Assembly: GCF_006345805.1 (NCBI RefSeq) | Contig: NC_043012.1 | Location: 57,226,001-57,290,000, forward strand | Direction: 5' to 3' | From: Octopus sinensis | Taxonomy: Eukaryota | DNA length: 64,000 nt | Shown here: piece by piece, positions 1 through 11,215 of the stretch | How the letters are laid out: every line of letters starts with the position of its first letter | Position numbering within the stretch: the first letter of the stretch is position 1 | Made by a program: the position numbers and the translations under genes | Notes under the pieces: generated by a model | Told to the model about the DNA's origin: nothing | Seen by the model: only the letters and a program-made list of their open reading frames with translations | Databases searched by the model: none

Positions 1-217
1 CTGTTATTTTGTTGTGAATTGTAATATTCCTAAAGTAATAGGTTCAAATATAAAACTTTGTTTAGAAATATTCAAATTAAAATCCAGAAAATGGAGCAAT
101 AGCATTAATATAATTCATTAACTGCAAAAACTCAACATGTTTCCTTACAGCTGTTGAGATGTTTTGGAAGAATAACGTGTTAATAACCTGATGATATGTA
201 TTTTTTACCTTTTTCAC

Positions 218-301
218 TCCTCTGACGAGATTTTGCTCCCAAAAATGTTTTAATTACCAGAATTTAATTCATTTCAGCAATATTGAAACAGCTGGAAAGG
301 A
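218..301 (+). ncRNA. Decayed hammerhead motif with a long stem II
   Basis: TCCT | CTGACGA | GATTTTGCT...AGCAATATT | GAAAC | agct | GGA | aAGGA. The inverted partial copy at 139-155 reads AAC-agct-GTA-aggaa, giving the likely ancestral GUA triplet. Confidence 0.45.
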
Positions 302-305
302 ACAG

Positions 306-1009
306 GATCTATAAATATTCGTTTCTACTCTAGGCACAAAGCCTGAAATTTTGGGGGGAGGGGGGCAGTCAATTAGATCGACCGCCCCCACCTCAGTATG
401 CAACTGTTACTTAATTTATCAACCCTGAAAGGATGAAAGGCAAAGTCAACCTTGGCGGAAATTTGAACTCAGAACATAAAGACAGACGAAATACAAGCTA
501 AGCATTTCGCCCGGCATGCTAATGTTTCTGCCAGCTCGTCACCCTTAGATCTATAAATAAATATTCTTTTCTACTCTAGGCACAAGGCCCAAAATTTTTT
601 GGGAGGAAGCCAGTTGATTACGTCGACCCCAGTGCATAACTGGTACTTAATTTATCGACCCCGAAAGGATGAAAGGCAAAGTCGACCTCAACAGAATTTG
701 AACTCAGAACGTAATGGCAGATGAAATACAGCTAAGTATTTCGCCCGCAGTGCTAACATATCTGCCAGTTTGTCACCCTAAGATCTATAAATATTCTTTT
801 CTACTCTAGGCACAAAGCATGAAATTTTGGGGGAGGGGGCCAGTTGATTAGATCAACTCCAGTATGCTACTGATACTTAATTTATCGACCCCGAAAGGAT
901 GAAAGGCAAAGTCAACCTCTGCGGAATTTGAACTCAGAACGTAAAGACAGACGAAATACCATTAAGCATTTCGCCCTGCATGCTAATGTTTCCACCAGCT
1001 CACCACCTT
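306..1009 (-). mobile_element. Three head-to-tail copies of tRNA-derived SINE family B
   Basis: Units start at 306, 548 and 782 with GATCTATAAATA. Each contains the B-box (gagttcaaatt on minus) and the gactttgcctttcatcctttc...gataaattaagtaccag domain. Confidence 0.85.
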
Positions 1010-1426
1010 TGAGAAGTTACCAACAGACAAGAAAAAGATGGAATGGTCTCAGCAGGAATGTCTTTCATCATAGAACTCAATCATATAACTGACTTGGGTC
1101 CAAACAACAACAACAACAACAACAGTAACTGCAATAATTCTTTCACATTTTGGCACAAGGGGCCAACAGTTTTAGGGAAAGGAGCATAGTCTTACATCAT
1201 CCCCAGAATTTGGCTGGTAGTTTATTTTATGGTCCCTGAAAAGATGAAAGACTAGGTTGACTCTGGCAGGATTTGAACTCAGAATATAAAGTTCTGGGAC
1301 AAATACTGCAAAACAATTTTCCAATACTCCAATGATTTTGTCAACTCACCACCTTAATGGAAAGTACAACAATAACTTATGACCAACAAAGAAGATGCCT
1401 GCATAGTTGCTTGAGGTGCTAGATAT

Positions 1427-2334
1427 AGCAGCCAATCTTCCTCAAATCTCATGCTTTATTTTAAAACCAAGAGATAAATTAGATATACCATTTGCACTAC
1501 ACTCTCGGAGTGGTTGGCATTAGGAAGGGCATCAAACTGTAGAAACTCTGCCAAATCAAGACTGGAGCCTGGTGCAGCAATCTGGTTCGCCAGTCCTCAG
1601 TCAAAATCGTCCAACCCATGCTAGCATGGAAAGCGGACGTTAAACGATGATGATGAAACAGATGGAGTGGACTTAGCTGGATTGTCTTTCAGAAGAGATC
1701 TTAATTGCATATTAATTACATAGCTGGCTTGAGGACCAAATGACAACAATAGCAACAGCAACAATTTGAGCTTAAATTCAAACAGAGAATAATAAAAGAA
1801 AAAGAAAAAGAAGATATATAGAAAGAAATAACAATACAAAGAAAGAAAGAGAGAGAGAAAAAAAGATAGAAAGAAAGAAGCAGCCAATCTTCCTCAAATC
1901 TCATGCTTTATTTTAAAACCAAGAGATAAATTAGATATACCATTTGCACTACACTCTTGGAGTGATTGGCATTAGGAAGGGCATCAAACTGTAGAAACTC
2001 TGCCAAATCAAGACTGGAGCCTGGTGCAGCAATCTGGTTCGCCAGTCCTCAGTCAAAATCGTCCAACCCATGCTAGCATGGAAAGCGGACGTTAAACGAT
2101 GATGATGAAACAGATGGAGTGGACTTAGCTGGATTGTCTTTCAGAAGAGATCTTAATTGCATATTAATTACATAGCTGGCTTGAGGACCAAATGACAACA
2201 ATAGCAACAGCAACAATTTGAGCTTAAATTCAAACAGAGAATAATAAAAGAAAAAGAAAAAGAAGATAGATAGAAAGAAATAACAATACAAAGAAAGAAA
2301 GAGAGAGAGAGAAAAAAAGATAGAAAGAAAGAAG
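1427..2334. repeat. 452-bp near-identical tandem duplication
   Basis: 1427-1878 repeats at 1879-2334; I see 3 substitutions and one GA-tract length change. Confidence 0.95.
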
Positions 2335-2365
2335 GAAAGGAAGAAGCTGCTTGTTCTTAACTTAC

Positions 2366-2566
2366 CTTTTTCAAATGTCCATTAGAAGTTCCTGCTAAAA
2401 CCACGATGTGTGATGTTGACTTTGTCATTGCGACTGACGTTAAGGTTTCATTTGAAAAAGTAAGAACGGCCTTTGATTCCACAGGAAGATGTCCAATAAC
2501 TTTGGCATATACTGGAAGTGGTTCTATATTGCACATATACTGTTCAGGGGTCATCTGTTTATCTTG
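2366..2566 (-). CDS. Plexin-type receptor, next coding exon (Sema C-terminal part), 67 codons
   Basis: Pyrimidine-rich acceptor ...ttttacag|CAA at 2567/2566 and donor AAG|GTAAGT at 2366/2365, both phase 0, in frame with the upstream exon. Peptide QDKQMTPEQYMCNIEP...LTSVAMTKSTSHIVVLAGTSNGHLKK matches the plexin pattern LTSVA...GT..G.LKK. Confidence 0.85.
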
Positions 2567-2854
2567 CTGTAAAAGTTAATAGAAAAGAAAGGTTTAGTTT
2601 TTTTTATTCTTCTTTTGTGTTTTTATATATATCTTTTCTTTTACAGACTTGGTGAAAAATTCAATCATCCTTTTAATATGTTTATCAGGAGCAAAATATT
2701 CAGAAGTGAATATCTATACAAATATATATATACAGATTCTCATATTTTCAGTGTTAGTTTTTCTGGTGGTCTAAATGAGGGTTTTAAATCTCTTTTCCAG
2801 CAGACAGACACATTAGTGTGTCCTTTTGATTAATATAATTACATATATATATAT

Positions 2855-2914
<60 letters not shown>

Positions 2915-3069
2915 TCAGAATTATTTTTGACCAATTTAGTAATTTTTATATTAAAAAAATGAGGTTTTAATACTTCTGCATAAGGTTTTGTTAATTTTAG
3001 TCTTATTTACATGTTTTTAAAAACAAATATATATATAAACAATAAATACATATAAATACACACACACAT

Positions 3070-3110
<41 letters not shown>

Positions 3111-3717
3111 TAAATAAATGGAGTTTAACGCAGGTGTAATCAAATATTTTTACTTTCGACACATGTTTCGAAAATTCCACTGATACTATTCAAAAGAATA
3201 AATTTGTATAAACAATGCAATCTTCTCCTCAGGAAAGTGAAAAAAGCGAAACTCGTCAATAAGACATTTTAGCAAAAAATGATGGATTTGTATAGCGATA
3301 GACAGAACGCTATTAATATTGTTTAAAAAAACGTTATATGATATAACGTCATAAGTAGCTAATAGAAAGAGTAGGGATACCAATAGTGAATGTTAAATAT
3401 AAAGGAAATTAAAGTTTAAATTATATATAATGATAGAGACTACTTATATGCACTAAATGTATGTTTTTACCAAAGTTTACATCCGTATGCTCGCTCTATA
3501 ACAGTGTTTACTAGAGTATTTTTAGAAAAGATAATGAAAAATAGCTCAGAATTACAGAGAAGACAGAATTCCTTGCCTTTTTTTCTACCTTTATAAACAA
3601 GGAGTTACAACATCTTTACTTGTGAGATTTTTGCTACCCTGGTAACTATTTATTTATTTTTTCCGTGTTAATTGTTAACAAGGTAAAAATACACTCATCT
3701 ATTCATATATATATATG

Positions 3718-3889
3718 CAGGCGCAGGAGTGGCTGTGTGGTAAGTAGCTTGCTAACCAACCACATGGTTCCGGGTTCAGTCCCACTGCGTGGCATCTTGG
3801 GCAAGTGTCTTCTGCTATAGCCCCGGGCCGACCAATGCCTTGTGAGTGGATTTGGTAGACGGAAACTGAAAGAAGCCTGTCGTACATAT

Positions 3890-3927
<38 letters not shown>

Positions 3928-4128
3928 TTGTGTGTCTGTGTTTGTCCCCCTAGCATTGCTTGACTACCGATGCTGGTGTGTTTACGTCCCCGTCACTTAG
4001 CGGTTCGGCAAAAAGAGACCGATAGAATAAGTACTGGGCTTACAAAAAGAATAAGTCCCGGGGTCGATTTGCTTGACTAAAGGCGGTGCTCCAGCATGGC
4101 CGCAGTCAAATGACTGAAACAAGTAAAA
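3718..4128 (+). mobile_element. tRNA-derived SINE family A (bipartite, internal TA/TG microsatellite)
   Basis: A-box TGGCTGTGTGG, B-box GGTTCAGTCC, CORE-like tcttgggcaagtgtctt, (TA)n at about 3890-3912, right arm ending gactgaaacaagtaaaa. Roughly 25 full or partial copies in the window. Confidence 0.85.
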
Positions 4129-4167
<39 letters not shown>

Positions 4168-5395
4168 CATGTATTTGTGTCTCTGTTTTAATATTGTGTG
4201 ATAGTCATAAACAAGTGTCAGTCACCATCACACGAATCGTGTCATTTGTTTCGAGTTTTCTGTGAAAACGTGTCCAACCACGAGGAAAACATCATTTCTG
4301 GGCTTAGAAACAGGGGAGGGTTGGGTGACAGGATGAGCAGTCAGCCATAGGAAACCTGCCTCAATGAATTCTATCCAATTCCACCAGGAGTTGAGGGCCC
4401 AACTCACCACTACCATTACCGTATTTCCCTTCCTAGGTCCCCACACTAAGTTTATTTTCACACTTCCTCTCCTTCTTTGAACAGCAACCCTCTGAATTTT
4501 CCTTTCTCCTCAAGTGATTTTTTTCCCCACCTAAAGACAATCTGTTGATTAATAAATAGACCAACAGCAACCCTCCAAATTTTCCTTTGTTTTCTCGAGA
4601 TATTTTTTCCCTAAAGATGACCAGTTGGTTAACATTTTATAAAACTGACCAACAACTTTGTTTTCCTCCCCACCAAAGATATCTGAGCCTCATACACACC
4701 TCTCTTACCATTCTGGGAGGAAAAACTACTGGCAAAGGTCTTGAGCATTACTCCTCCCTCTCTCTCTCTTTCTTTGATTAATTTCCAAAGAAAACAAAAA
4801 CGAAACAATGTGAATATTCCATAATTTGGGGACCATTCTATGTTTTAATCCTTTTTAAGCATCTATTCTCAATAATTGACAATAACTTGAGTTCCTTCAA
4901 ATGAATTCTATGAGATGATCAGAGAAAGCCAAAATTACCAATATGCAAGGAAAAAGAATATTTATCAGCCATTTTCAGCTAATTTAACGGTAGAGCGTAT
5001 GTTTGAAATAAATCACTCACACACATACACATGAACTATTGAAATGTTAATAATTCTGTAACAACAACAGCGCCTGCTATTATAATTGCTTTCATGCAAT
5101 AAACGTTGTTTAAACATAAAGAATCCAGAATCCTTAGAACTCAGCCAAGCTTTCAATTTTGTTGTTTCCTTCCCATAAGAGCGTAATATTTGAAGCATTA
5201 AGAATTATTAACAACAGGCATTATAGAGTTAAGAAAATAATGAAAATATCAAAAATTTTGTGGTTATGGATCATAACTTTTAAGTACCGTAATACTCAAT
5301 AGATAACATACACTTTTTCTTCACCAAAATCATAATTGAAATTAATGCTACATATAATACGTGTAAGGTTTTTCCTCCACCCACTTTTATTAATA

Positions 5396-5784
5396 ACTAG
5401 CAGTATCGCCCGGCGTTGCTCGGGTTTGTTTCGACCCTTTAGAATTGGAATTTTTGAAAAGTAAAAATATTGCATTATGTAGCTTGTTATTCTCTTTAAG
5501 TGAACATTTTTCTGGTTGAAATACACCGAAAAATGGAGACACAGCAGTCAAAAAATCGTAAAAAATAGGGATTTTCATAGAAAAAAAAGCACCTTTTTGA
5601 TGTAAATAATTTTTGGTGTTAACATGGTCTGATTTAAATTTTTTCTTCTACAGAAGGAAAAGCAAGCCTTCTTCTATCATACTCTAAATTTTGGTCAACT
5701 TGCCCTGCAGGGTCTCGGAGGAGATAGTGTTAGTTGAAGGCTACCAAACCTGCCATACACATACAACTTCACCTTTATATATAG
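5396..5784 (+). mobile_element. Helentron/DINE-1-like non-autonomous element
   Basis: Starts ACTAGCAGTATCGCCCGGCGTTGCTCGGG (subterminal hairpin CCCG..CGGG) and ends ...cttcacctttatatatag; second copy at 26482-26770 (-). Superfamily assigned from end structure only. Confidence 0.55.
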
Positions 5785-6072
5785 AGAGAGATGTAATAAA
5801 GCTTTACTATTTTTAAAGCTTTTTTTTTTTAAATCCCTTTTTTTAGCAGTAGATTTTATAGAGTTGCAGGTATGGCTCTGTAGTTTAAGAGGTTTGCTTT
5901 GGAAGCAACTGGTTATAGGTTCAGTCCAACAGAGCAGATGTTGTTGGTTAATGTCCTATATATTAATGTTATGAATTAACTGAGACCTTGTGAGCAAAAC
6001 TGGTAGACAGAAACTGAAGAAGCCCATCTCTCTGACACATGCATGCATGCACACACACACATTATATATGTA

Positions 6073-6447
6073 CAAAGGTGAGTCAAAAAGTAATGCCATT
6101 TTGTTTAGGACAGGTATAATTACCAACACAGGAACATGTATCATATATCAAAATAAAAATGGTCCTTTGTGGATCACATCCATACTTCTCAACATAGTCA
6201 CTGTTTCTCTCAATAGCAATGTTCCACCTTCAAATGAGAACATGTATCCCTGCCCTGTAAAATTCTGTTGAATGTTCTTTGAGCCACTGCTTCACTACCT
6301 CGAAACTCACCAGATTTAGCGCCTTCAGACTATCATCTCTTCGGTGCCATGAAAGAGGGTTTGAGAAGCAAACATTATTCCAGTGACGAGGAAGTGAAAA
6401 CTGTAGTGAAGAAGTGGCTCAAAGAACAGTCAACAGAATTTTACAGG
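6073..6447. mobile_element. Mariner-derived fold-back element (two transposase 3' ends in opposite orientation)
   Basis: 6307-6444 (+) encodes SPDLAPSDYHLFGAMKEGLRSKHYSSDEEVKTVVKKWLKEQSTEFY. About 6180-6298 (-) encodes VVKQWLKEHSTEFYRAGIHVLI*RWNIAIERNSDYVEK. A TIR-like end follows TA at 6071-72. Confidence 0.75.
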
Positions 6448-6745
6448 ATTGTAGGGCTGGTGTGAGAGGCCAAATCTGGCTGGTTTAAACATAAAAGAGG
6501 TTAGAATATTTTGGTCAGATATAGCTGGTTTATATGCTAAAGGGTTAAACCAGGCTCGAATATTCTACTTGTTCTTTGTTCAAACTAACCAGATTCAGCC
6601 TCTCACACCTACCTTACAATATCAATCTAGAAATATTCAATCATATCACTGAAATCTCAGAGCTACAAAATAATGCATGATTAGTCCAAAACAACATGAG
6701 TGAATAAGCAATACATTTGATGGAATAATTTCAAAGCTAAATGTA
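6448..6745. mobile_element. piggyBac-like MITE: 3' half followed by an inverted partial copy
   Basis: End TGCTAAAGGG|TTAA at 6535-6548; 6550-6745 is the reverse complement of the same family seen at 47571-47935. Confidence 0.55.
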
Positions 6746-6795
6746 TGAAACAAGGACCAATTAAAAGTCTTAAGACAGAAATGTATGTTTAGGTC

Positions 6796-7027
6796 AATTT
6801 AGGGATGCCATATCAGGACATGTATTTGACATGGTAGCATGTTATGCACAAGCTTTTATGGGATTTAGTTCTAGTTTATCCTTTCATAAGACCAAAAAGG
6901 ACCAAAAGTCTAATTTAGGGATGCCATATCAGGACATGTATTTGACATGGTAGCATGTTATGCACAAGCTTTTATGGGATTTAGTTCTAGTTTATCCTTT
7001 CATAAGACCAAAAAGGACCAAAAGTCT
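6796..7027. repeat. Perfect 116-bp tandem duplication
   Basis: 6796-6911 equals 6912-7027. Confidence 0.95.
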
Positions 7028-7373
7028 AGTTTTCATAGCATTAAGAAGAAAGATAAATTTCCATCTTTGCAGAATGTTAGTCTTCTAGTCTTTTAACACA
7101 TAACATTCTTTTAAAAAATGTTTCTGTCAGACAATTAAGACTCCTTCTTGCAACAACAACAAAAAAAATGAAAAGGATAAATAAATAAATAAAAACAAAA
7201 AAAAACAAACAATAATAACCCAGCAGTGGGTTTAAACTTATCTACCCTTAAGGCAGTAAAACAATACCTTAATGACTCCACCATTTTATCTCTCTTTCTC
7301 AAATTATTGTCATCATCACCATCATCATCATTATTTTTATTATCATTATTATCTTTGCTATTCTCATCATCAC

Positions 7374-7409
<36 letters not shown>

Positions 7410-7478
7410 GACTACTAATATTATTATTATTATTATTATGACTACTAATATTATTGTTATTATTATTATTATTATTAC

Positions 7479-7535
<57 letters not shown>

Positions 7536-9890
7536 ATTTTGTTTAGTTAGTAACTCAAATCCAAGCCTGATTAATGTAAAAGCTACACACCCTTTGAAGA
7601 AAATCTTAGAGACAGCACGATCGGGATTGTTCTTAAGAAAGATGTGATAAAAAGATGTTTATCAATGCGTAGAAATTATTATACGGTATTACTCTGCTTT
7701 GTTCATATATTTCATAAAAATTATGAAGCGAAATGTTAGTTAAAGTGATAACTAAGTTATTTTATCTTGGAGTAAAATAAATGGAAACAAAAGACAGCCT
7801 GGATGTTTCATGACAAAGGCTTAAAAATTGGTCAAAAGAATTTCATTGGAAGTTTGTTCTGACCTTTTGTTTGCAAGACAAAGGATTTGCATGTCTAATG
7901 CACAGATCATGAGATTAATGTATGTGTCAGACAGATATCAGCAGAGCAGTTAGTTGTAGCTGCAGCAGCAATGACAATAACAACCACAACAAGCTCGCCA
8001 CCACGAAATTGAAATACAACTCGACTATAAGAAAACAATAAAATAAATATACTTCTTCATACTCTTACTCTCTTTTACTTGTTTCAGTCATTTGACTGCG
8101 GCCATGCTGGAGCACCGCCTTTAGTCGAGCAAATCGACCCCAGGACTTATTCTTTGTACGCCTAGTACTTATTCTATCGGTCTCTTTTGCTGAACTGCTA
8201 AGTTACGGGGACGTAAACACACCACCATCGGTGGACAAGTGATTTTGGGGCGACAAACACTGACACACAAGCATACACACACACACACATATACATATAT
8301 ATATCATCATCATTGTTTAACCTCTGCCTTCCATGCTCACATGAGTGGGATGGTTTGACAAGAGTCAGCCAGGCAGAAGCCTGCACCAGACTTCTGTAAC
8401 TGTTTAGGCAGGATTTTTACAGCTGGATGCCCTTCCTAACACCAACCACTCAGCAGAGTGGACATAGTGTTTTTTACGTGGCACAAGTACAGGTGACATC
8501 AGTTTTGGCAAGGTTTTTACAGCTGGATGCCCTTCCAAATACCAGCCACTTTACAATGTGGACTGGGTGCTCTTGAGTGGCACCTGCACTGACAGGGTCA
8601 CCAAGTACTTGCAAGACAAAAAGGTCTCTTTTGAGAGGGGAGAGTGCATTGGAGGTGAGGAGGTGATGAAAGGTTATAATGAGACAGAGAGACAGAGGAG
8701 CAGGTGTTTTGCTGTAGAGGAGGTACAAGTTTACCCAGCCAGTGGTTGGGTGAGGAGGAGGAGGAGAGAGAGAGAGAGAGAGATCAGGAATGAAGACAGA
8801 AACAGGTACGCTATTGCAAAGGAGGTACATGATTACCCAACCTGAGGGAAGTACAGGAGAAGGAGAGAGAGAGTAGGAGACAGCAGGATAGAGATGGTGG
8901 TAAAGTGCTGGGCATAGTCACAAGGGACAGGGACCAGAATATAAATGGGATGGTTGAGTAAAGGAAGAGAGAGATAGAGATCGTGGCAAGTGCCAAGGTA
9001 TACCCTTGAGGCTTGAACATCATAATATAAGTGGAAGGATATTGCAAAGGAAGCGTGATTAAAGAGTATGGAGAGGAGAGTGAGTGGTGAAAATCTGGGT
9101 ATATATAGAGTCGGTGGGGGGTGTTACTGGATAGCAATGATGCAGAAGAATAGGGTCATGAGGGCAAGATTGGTGAGTGAGAGCTAGGTATAGTGTATGA
9201 AGAAGGAAATGTGAAGAAGAGACGTAGAGTGATTTGTTGGGCAGGGTGTGTGAAAAGTTTTATTGTTACATGTGGGTGGAACTCACAGGTCGGTGGGGCT
9301 AGCAGAAAGCAGTGATACAGTGGCACAGGGCCAAGGGGACAGGATTGGGGAGTGGACGGTAAGCATAGTGCATGAAGTGGAAATGTGAGGAAGAGAAGAG
9401 ATGTAGTTTGGTTTGTTGTGGTAGAGTGTGTGAGAAGTTTCCTTGTTAAGTGTGGGTGAGATAGAGAGGTAAATGAATAAATACATGGTACTCATTTTCA
9501 GCTGAGTAGACAAGAGCAATGTGATATGAAGTGTGTTGCTCAAGGATGCAAAGCCCAGTGAAGGAATTGAACCCAAGATATTATGATTGAGAACCAAACG
9601 TCTTAAACACTAAGCCAGGTGTTATCTTAGGAAGTTCATATTAGATAACATAGTCTGAGATAGAGTGCATAAAAACAAACAAAAAGATCAATAAAGAAAA
9701 TGCAGGCAGGTCATGGAAAACGGATGTTAAATGATAATAATGATGATGATGATATACAATATCATATGTATATGTATAATACATATAATATTTTCTATAT
9801 ATATAAAGTACCAGTTGCATACTGGGACCAATCTAATCGACTGGCACCCTCCCCCAAAATTTTGGGCCTTGTGCCTAGAGTAGAAAAGAA

Positions 9891-9974
<84 letters not shown>

Positions 9975-10171
9975 TATATGTATAAAAAATATATATAAGA
10001 TACAAAATGGGACAAGAACGCAAAACATTCAAATAGACGACACAAAAAAACAGACAGGTCATTCGAGGCCTCTAATCTTCAGTCAAGAACCGGATCATCC
10101 TCGCAATTTCGGCTGATTAATCTTGATATTATATATATTAATCTTAATATTATATATGTGTATATATTATA

Positions 10172-10256
<85 letters not shown>

Positions 10257-10677
10257 AATATATATGTGTGTGTGTGTATATACACACACACACACACACA
10301 CACAATGGGCTTCTTTTGGTTTCAGTCTACCAAATCCACTTGCAGGCTTAAGCTGACCCAGGTCTTGAGTGGAAGATTCTTGCCTAAGGTGCCATGCAGG
10401 GGTAACTGAACCCAGGCAGGACCTTATGGTTGGGAAGCAAGTTTCTAAACCACACAGCTATGTTAGTGGTGCTGCAGCATGGCCGCAGTCCAAATACATT
10501 GAAACCAGTGAAAGGTATCAAATAAAAGCAGGATATATATTCCCCCCTCATCCCTCCCAGCAACTACATTCCTTAAGTACAACTGCATCCCTGCCACTCT
10601 GTGACTCCTTTGAAGAACTCCTCTTTCATCTGTATTTAATTAATCAATCAATCAATGCTCCTACCTCCAACTTTCAC

Positions 10678-11215
10678 CATGACGACGACGATGATGATGA
10701 CCACCACCACCATCACCATCATCACTACCATCACCACCACAACAACAACCACCTCCGCTGCCACCACCATCACCACCACAACTACAATCGCCTCCAACAC
10801 CACTACAGCCACTGTCACTGCTGCCAGCACAGCTACCACCACCACCACCACCACCACCACCACCAACACAACGACGACAACAACCACTTCCAACACTATC
10901 ACCACCGCTGCCATCACAACTGCCACCATCACCACCACCACCACAACAACCACCTCTACCGCCATTACCACCACCACCAACACAACAACAACCACTTCCA
11001 ACACTGTCACCACTGCTGCCATCACTACTGCCACCACCACCACACACAACAACAACCACCTCCACCGCCATTACCCCCACCACCACCACAACAACAACAA
11101 TAACAACTATTTCCAACACCACCACCACCACCACCACCACCACCACCACTGCTGCCTCTGCCACCGCCACCACCACCACCACCACCACCATTGCTGCCTC
11201 TGCCACCACCACCGC
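10678..11215. repeat. Imperfect (CAC/CAA)n trinucleotide tract with higher-order units
   Basis: Source of the poly-His/Thr/Val pseudo-ORFs. Confidence 0.9.

Noticed and set aside
2590-2833. Plus-strand acceptor-like tract and 72-aa ORF
   Set aside because: AT-rich antisense intron sequence with no donor or protein similarity.
3150-3190. Minus-strand GAAAC-ATGT-GTC, like a hammerhead 3' half
   Set aside because: No CTGANGA or stem I upstream; may be a relic but cannot be supported.
10060-10130. Minus-strand CTGAAGA and cagccGAAA
   Set aside because: I could not build a consistent three-way junction in any permutation.
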